64,000 nucleotides of DNA from a bacterium (GTDB lineage: Bacteria > UBA8248 > JACPRG01 > G963555815): NCBI GenBank assembly GCA_965261595.1, contig CBDHDG010000006.1:1088001-1152000 (forward strand), in the 5' to 3' direction. The notes below the pieces were generated by a model that was not told the origin of the DNA, made no database searches, and was given only the letters and a program-made list of their open reading frames with translations. The position numbers and the translations under genes were made by a program. Shown here one piece after another: positions 63,969-64,000 of this stretch; the stretch's first letter is position 1; every line of letters starts with the position of its first letter.

Positions 63969-64000
63969 CCGGATGGCGGCGCCCTTCATACCCGATTCGG

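Overview
High-GC bacterial chromosomal window; gene style suggests a Nitrospinota/Tectomicrobia-like or deltaproteobacterial-type genome, probably a metagenome assembly (inference only). The core content is ribokinase, two peptide ABC ATPases, alaS, a multi-GAF/PAS histidine kinase with response regulator, an ECF sigma/anti-sigma pair, two DMT exporters, lutA-lutB(C), several oxidoreductases, and the cluster yceD-rpmF-plsX-fabH-fabD-fabG-acpP-fabF-rnc-smc-ftsY. It also carries ppx-pit-DUF47, a gamma-carbonic anhydrase family gene, an M23 peptidase, cinA, mocA and a xanthine-dehydrogenase-family Mo subunit. Three accessory zones interrupt this. (i) ~3.0-4.9 kb: an AT-richer ABC/AAA-ATPase + DUF4276/TOPRIM-like gene pair (defence-like) whose ATPase is split by one in-frame TGA. 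(ii) ~21.5-27.8 kb: a phage-repressor (S24) remnant, an orphan AT-rich gene, and a 5-kb segment bounded by perfect 16-bp inverted repeats that holds two different IS3-family elements and a lipoprotein-trypsin gene broken at homopolymer tracts. (iii) ~57.8-62.3 kb: two more copies of the first IS3 element, a truncated C5 DNA methyltransferase joined across an IS to an unrelated gene fragment, and a hicB with a decapitated hicA. Several REP/MITE-like palindrome families recur between genes. Multiple 1-nt frameshifts in G/C runs may be sequencing errors, so pseudogene calls need read-level checks. No tRNA, rRNA or CRISPR array was seen.
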